Source: a virus (lineage: Duplodnaviria > Heunggongvirae > Uroviricota > Caudoviricetes). Taken from it: a stretch of DNA of 12,745 nt. Under the pieces are notes generated by a model, which did not search any database, was not told the origin of the DNA, and was given only the letters and a program-made list of their open reading frames with translations. The position numbers and the translations under genes were made by a program. The stretch lies in the IMG/VR virus record IMGVR_UViG_2698536428_000008; one strand, 5' to 3'. Shown here piece after piece: positions 9,441-12,745 of this stretch. Each line of letters opens with the position of its first letter. Within the stretch, counting starts at the first letter, position 1.

Positions 9441-9866
9441 GCTGTGTGACGAAGTAACCACTCTTAACAGCATAACCAATTTTTTACGTACGTAAACCAC
9501 AAAATGATATTTGCGAGAATGCTACCGAGTATTGAAAACACCACTACAAACACATAAGCAAATCTCAACAAATAACCAACAAATAATTTCCAGTGTTATT
9601 TTTAGCCGATTTAAATTGAACCTTCAAATTACAGAGCACTTATAAATAACAGCCGTTAATATAAATTGGCTAATAGATTTATTTTTATTCAGCCAAGATC
9701 CATGAATAGGATTCGATAGAAAAAAGTTCAGATAAAAATAGAGATCTACTTCACAAATCAAACGAGAAACCAAAACTTACATCTTGAAATAATCACATTG
9801 ATTAGATGAATATTTATCGCGCAGTGACATCATTTTTTAATAATAGTTCAAAAAAAAGGGCTCACG

Positions 9867-10949
9867 ATGAAAAAATTAACAGTGGCAATTTCTGCTGTAG
9901 CTGCATCAGTACTGATGGCGATGTCTGCTCAGGCAGCTGAAATTTATAATAAAGACAGTAACAAGCTGGATCTATATGGGAAAGTTAATGCCAAGCACTA
10001 CTTCTCCTCTAATGATGCAGATGATGGTGATACTACTTATGCCCGTCTTGGCTTCAAAGGTGAAACCCAAATCAACGATCAACTGACTGGTTTCGGTCAG
10101 TGGGAATATGAATTCAAAGGCAACCGCGCTGAATCTCAAGGCTCCTCCAAAGACAAAACCCGTCTTGCATTTGCAGGCCTGAAATTCGGGGACTACGGCT
10201 CAATCGATTACGGCCGTAACTACGGTGTAGCATATGACATCGGTGCGTGGACTGACGTTCTGCCAGAATTCGGTGGCGATACCTGGACCCAAACAGATGT
10301 GTTCATGACTGGTCGCACCACTGGTGTTGCAACTTATCGTAACAACGACTTCTTTGGTCTGGTTGATGGTCTGAACTTTGCTGCTCAGTATCAGGGTAAA
10401 AATGACCGCACTGACGTAACTGAAGCTAATGGTGATGGTTTCGGTTTCTCCACTACTTATGAGTATGAAGGATTCGGTGTAGGTGCAACCTATGCTAAAT
10501 CTGACCGCACTAATAATCAGGTTATCTACGGTAACAACAGCCTGAATGCATCTGGTCAAAATGCTGAAGTATGGGCAGCTGGTCTGAAATATGATGCGAA
10601 CAACATCTATCTGGCTACCACCTATTCTGAAACCCAGAACATGACTGTTTTTGGTAATAACCATATTGCCAACAAAGCACAAAACTTCGAAGTAGTTGCA
10701 CAATATCAGTTCGACTTCGGTCTGCGTCCATCCGTTGCTTACCTGCAATCTAAAGGAAAAGACTTGGGTGCGTGGGGTGATCAGGACCTGGTTGAATATA
10801 TTGATGTAGGTGCAACCTATTACTTCAACAAAAATATGTCCACTTTTGTTGATTACAAAATCAACCTGATTGATAAGAGCGATTTCACGAAAGCATCTGG
10901 CGTTGCTACCGATGATATCGTTGCTGTAGGTATGGTTTACCAGTTCTAA
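9867..10949 (+). CDS. nmpC: General-diffusion outer-membrane porin, OmpC/OmpF/NmpC family (360 aa), apparently intact
   Basis: Track ORF; signal peptide [23 protein letters not shown] then [24 protein letters not shown]; C-terminal ...VGMVYQF with the terminal Phe typical of porins. Position between Q and the lysis cassette on the opposite strand matches nmpC of DLP12-like prophages. Confidence 0.93.
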   Translation: MKKLTVAISAVAASVLMAMSAQAAEIYNKDSNKLDLYGKVNAKHYFSSNDADDGDTTYARLGFKGETQINDQLTGFGQWEYEFKGNRAESQGSSKDKTRLAFAGLKFGDYGSIDYGRNYGVAYDIGAWTDVLPEFGGDTWTQTDVFMTGRTTGVATYRNNDFFGLVDGLNFAAQYQGKNDRTDVTEANGDGFGFSTTYEYEGFGVGATYAKSDRTNNQVIYGNNSLNASGQNAEVWAAGLKYDANNIYLATTYSETQNMTVFGNNHIANKAQNFEVVAQYQFDFGLRPSVAYLQSKGKDLGAWGDQDLVEYIDVGATYYFNKNMSTFVDYKINLIDKSDFTKASGVATDDIVAVGMVYQF

Positions 10950-11085
10950 TTTGATTACTAAAAGATATGTTGCGGGAGGCTTTGCCTCCCCAACATATAA
11001 GTGGCTCCCTCAAGCCACTTCCTTTAGGAGCACAACCTTGCTTCTAACTATATAAACCTTCTGTTATATATTACCCTTTATTTTT

Positions 11086-11120
11086 GGGGGCGTTGCAACG
11101 CCCCATTTTTAATAATTTTT
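11086..11120 (+). terminator. Candidate intrinsic terminator closing the porin transcript
   Basis: Perfect palindrome GGGGCGTTGCAACGCCCC (11087-11104) followed by ATTTTTAATAATTTTT. Two further hairpins lie between the porin stop and this site (10963-10998 and 10999-11019). Confidence 0.5.
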
Positions 11121-11137
11121 AGTAAACAATTGGCATA

Positions 11138-11521
11138 TTAATTAGAGTTATTAACAACGATATCCATCTCTAACCGGATATCTAATGCCATTAACATCCC
11201 TTCAATTATGCCCTCAGCCTTCTGTAACCTTTTCCCGATATAACCATCAGAGCAGCAATGCTTACCTGCCAGTGACATGAATGTCATACCGACTACATAA
11301 TAATCTACTAATAAATCGTGCAAATCGCTGTTGTTCTTTTTCAGACGGGCCATGCACCCGCAAATAATCATCGCGTCATCGTCACAACATTGCGGGCGAG
11401 ATTTTACTTTTGAAGTAATTAATCCCTTAAAACCGGCGGCAATGGACGACCAGGTCACATCTTCATGATTATTAGCCGCCCACGCTCCCCAACGCTCAAG
11501 AACCATCTGAATATCACGCAT
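11138..11521 (-). CDS. Q: Late-gene antitermination protein Q (phage 21/82, QuuD-type), 127 aa
   Basis: ATG at 11521 with GGAG upstream; the track ORF extends 5 codons further from a [65 protein letters not shown]... matches DLP12 QuuD as I recall it; Cys-rich zinc-binding region present. Confidence 0.9.
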   Translation of the reverse strand: MRDIQMVLERWGAWAANNHEDVTWSSIAAGFKGLITSKVKSRPQCCDDDAMIICGCMARLKKNNSDLHDLLVDYYVVGMTFMSLAGKHCCSDGYIGKRLQKAEGIIEGMLMALDIRLEMDIVVNNSN

Positions 11522-11606
11522 CAACTTACTCCACAAAAATCAGACCAGAACGCCAATTACAAGCAAAAATCAACAAAACAGTATTAGTTGATTGTTATCT
11601 CTGACT

Positions 11607-11744
11607 TCATACTCCTGCTCCTGTCAGGGTTTTGGCGTAATTCTTCAGTATTCGGTAATCGGTCAAAACAGAACCGGGGAAACGATATAAGCGCAGATGC
11701 CCCCAGCGGTGGCGAAGAAGTTCTGCCATATAAAACTCAAACAT
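11607..11744 (-). CDS. ylcG: Small ORF (45 aa) between rusA and Q, probably YlcG-like
   Basis: Hand translation: ATG at 11744-11742, immediately after the rusA stop, gives [45 protein letters not shown] then a stop at 11609-11607. Below the track length cutoff. Assignment is by position and size only. Confidence 0.45.
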   Translation of the reverse strand: MFEFYMAELLRHRWGHLRLYRFPGSVLTDYRILKNYAKTLTGAGV

Positions 11745-12106
11745 CATTCATTCCCCATTTCGGTGATGGTCAGTTCCAGCCTCCCACCTTTGGTAACAGG
11801 CATCTTCACAACGCGGTAATCAACGACCTGAGCATCATCCAGCCAGAAACCTGCTTTGGTGAGTGCGTCAAAAGCGGCTTTTTGCAGATTATCCAGGTCA
11901 CGGCGACGGCGATCCGGCATGTGGCACTCAATGCGGATTTTCACAGGCATAGCCAGGCCGATATCCAGCATTGCGTTTTTAATGATTCGGGCGACGTTAT
12001 CGCGGTATGCCTGCCCCTCTGCACTGACGTGCGTGCGCCCGCGATTATGGCGGTAATAGCGATTATTGCTCGGAGGCCAGGGTAATGTGATACTGTAGGT
12101 ATTCAC
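11744..12106 (-). CDS. rusA: RusA Holliday-junction resolvase (120 aa)
   Basis: Track [123 protein letters not shown] matches E. coli RusA. The start appears to be a non-ATG codon overlapping the ybcO stop. Confidence 0.93.
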   Translation of the reverse strand: MNTYSITLPWPPSNNRYYRHNRGRTHVSAEGQAYRDNVARIIKNAMLDIGLAMPVKIRIECHMPDRRRRDLDNLQKAAFDALTKAGFWLDDAQVVDYRVVKMPVTKGGRLELTITEMGNE

Positions 12107-12393
12107 GCCTTAATAACCCCCTCTTTCAGCCAGATAACCTGTGTTCTCGCCATACCTTCCAGCGCGCATTCTTTTGCATATGCAGCATCGACAAAATGTG
12201 TGCGGCGGTCGATTTCGTCGTGGCAGGCAGAACATGCAATGGTGGCAATCAGGTCTGGCGGTTTGATACCGGTACCGCACAATCCAGCCAGCCGGATATG
12301 TGCCAGTACAGACGTTTCAGAATTGCCATTACATACGCCAGGGATTCTTACCTGGCATTCCCGACCACGCGCTGCTTTTCTCAAATCAGCCAT
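12103..12393 (-). CDS. ybcO: YbcO-like nin-region protein (DUF1364, putative nuclease), 96 aa
   Basis: ATG at 12393 with a strong AAGGAGG upstream; the track ORF 12103..12432 starts 13 codons earlier. [64 protein letters not shown]... with Cys/His metal-binding motifs. Confidence 0.85.
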   Translation of the reverse strand: MADLRKAARGRECQVRIPGVCNGNSETSVLAHIRLAGLCGTGIKPPDLIATIACSACHDEIDRRTHFVDAAYAKECALEGMARTQVIWLKEGVIKA

Positions 12394-12556
12394 GATTCCT
12401 CCTTGCTGCCAGTCGCAACCATTTTTTATCAACCAGGCTAGCGGTATATCCGAGCAGTGTTGGTATTTCGGATGGCTTCAGCTCAGGCTTACGCTTACGA
12501 CGATTTGATACTCTGTAGATGTGTCCGTTCATGACACGAATAAGCGGTGTAGCCAT
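12386..12556 (-). CDS. ninE: NinE-like small protein (56 aa)
   Basis: Hand translation: ATG at 12556 with AGGAGG upstream gives [56 protein letters not shown]; its stop overlaps the ybcO start. Below the track cutoff. Position (upstream of ybcO-rusA-Q) fits ninE. Confidence 0.6.
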   Translation of the reverse strand: MATPLIRVMNGHIYRVSNRRKRKPELKPSEIPTLLGYTASLVDKKWLRLAARRNHG

Positions 12557-12666
12557 TACGCCTCCTGCTTGTCGCGGAGCAGCTGGAACTCGCAGCTCTG
12601 CGGAATAGTCAGGTGGCAGCCAATATTCACCGCCCAGGCTTCAACCTTACACAGGAAGACATACAT
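12556..12666 (-). CDS. Possible small ORF (36 aa) translationally coupled to ninE
   Basis: Hand translation: ATG at 12666 preceded by GGAGAG gives MYVFLCKVEAWAVNIGCHLTIPQSCEFQLLRDKQEA, with a TAA that overlaps the ninE ATG (TAATG). The frame is closed by a stop at 12733-12735 and no other minus frame is open here, so no long gene lies directly upstream of ninE. Confidence 0.25.
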   Translation of the reverse strand: MYVFLCKVEAWAVNIGCHLTIPQSCEFQLLRDKQEA

Positions 12667-12745
12667 CTCTCCGGTATCAAGATCGGAGGTATGGCGTAAC
12701 GACTGGATAGTGGTGATATCTGTAGTGGCACACTAAATTTGGCCA

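Noticed and set aside
10200-10748. 182-aa minus-strand ORF inside the porin gene
   Set aside because: Antisense to a complete, signal-peptide-bearing porin ORF; no recognisable motifs.
11588-12085. 165-aa plus-strand ORF antisense to rusA and ylcG
   Set aside because: Overlaps the confidently identified rusA on the opposite strand; no RBS; low-complexity translation.
12059-12121. Apparent +1/-1 frame inconsistency in my hand reading across the rusA start and ybcO stop
   Set aside because: The ORF track gives clean full-length RusA and YbcO translations over this stretch, so I attribute the discrepancy to my own reading of the formatted sequence at a line boundary, not to a real frameshift. 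Track coordinates are used.
12521-12736. 71-aa plus-strand ORF at the right end
   Set aside because: Antisense to the ninE start and its coupled upstream ORF, which have strong RBSs. No support of its own.

Overview
This window is a composite of two mobile elements on the minus strand, most likely from an Escherichia coli chromosome. Positions ~3312-12745 are a lambdoid, DLP12-like prophage segment: nin-region genes (ninE, ybcO, rusA, ylcG), antiterminator Q, an intact nmpC-type porin moron in antisense between Q and the lysis genes, a phage-21-type pinholin and SAR endolysin fused to lambda-type Rz/Rz1, bor, a ylcI-like small gene, the cos site (cosN at 7016-7027), and lambda-type Nu1, terminase A, W and a portal gene B that is truncated after ~275 codons. 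Positions 1 to ~3360 are the integrase-proximal end of a P4/PICI-like integrative element: a P4-type tyrosine integrase, a translationally coupled AlpA/Vis-family regulator, a Bro-N protein, a divergent small ribbon-helix-helix gene with tandem palindromic operator-like repeats, and the start of a further leftward gene. The most notable feature is the junction: the integrase upstream region abuts the broken portal gene, so the element either inserted into, or was joined by deletion to, the prophage packaging module. No CRISPR array, tRNA, rRNA or transposase was found, and I see no large unexplained gene cluster; the remaining candidates for novelty are small regulatory features. All homology calls are from memory and motif reading, not from database searches.
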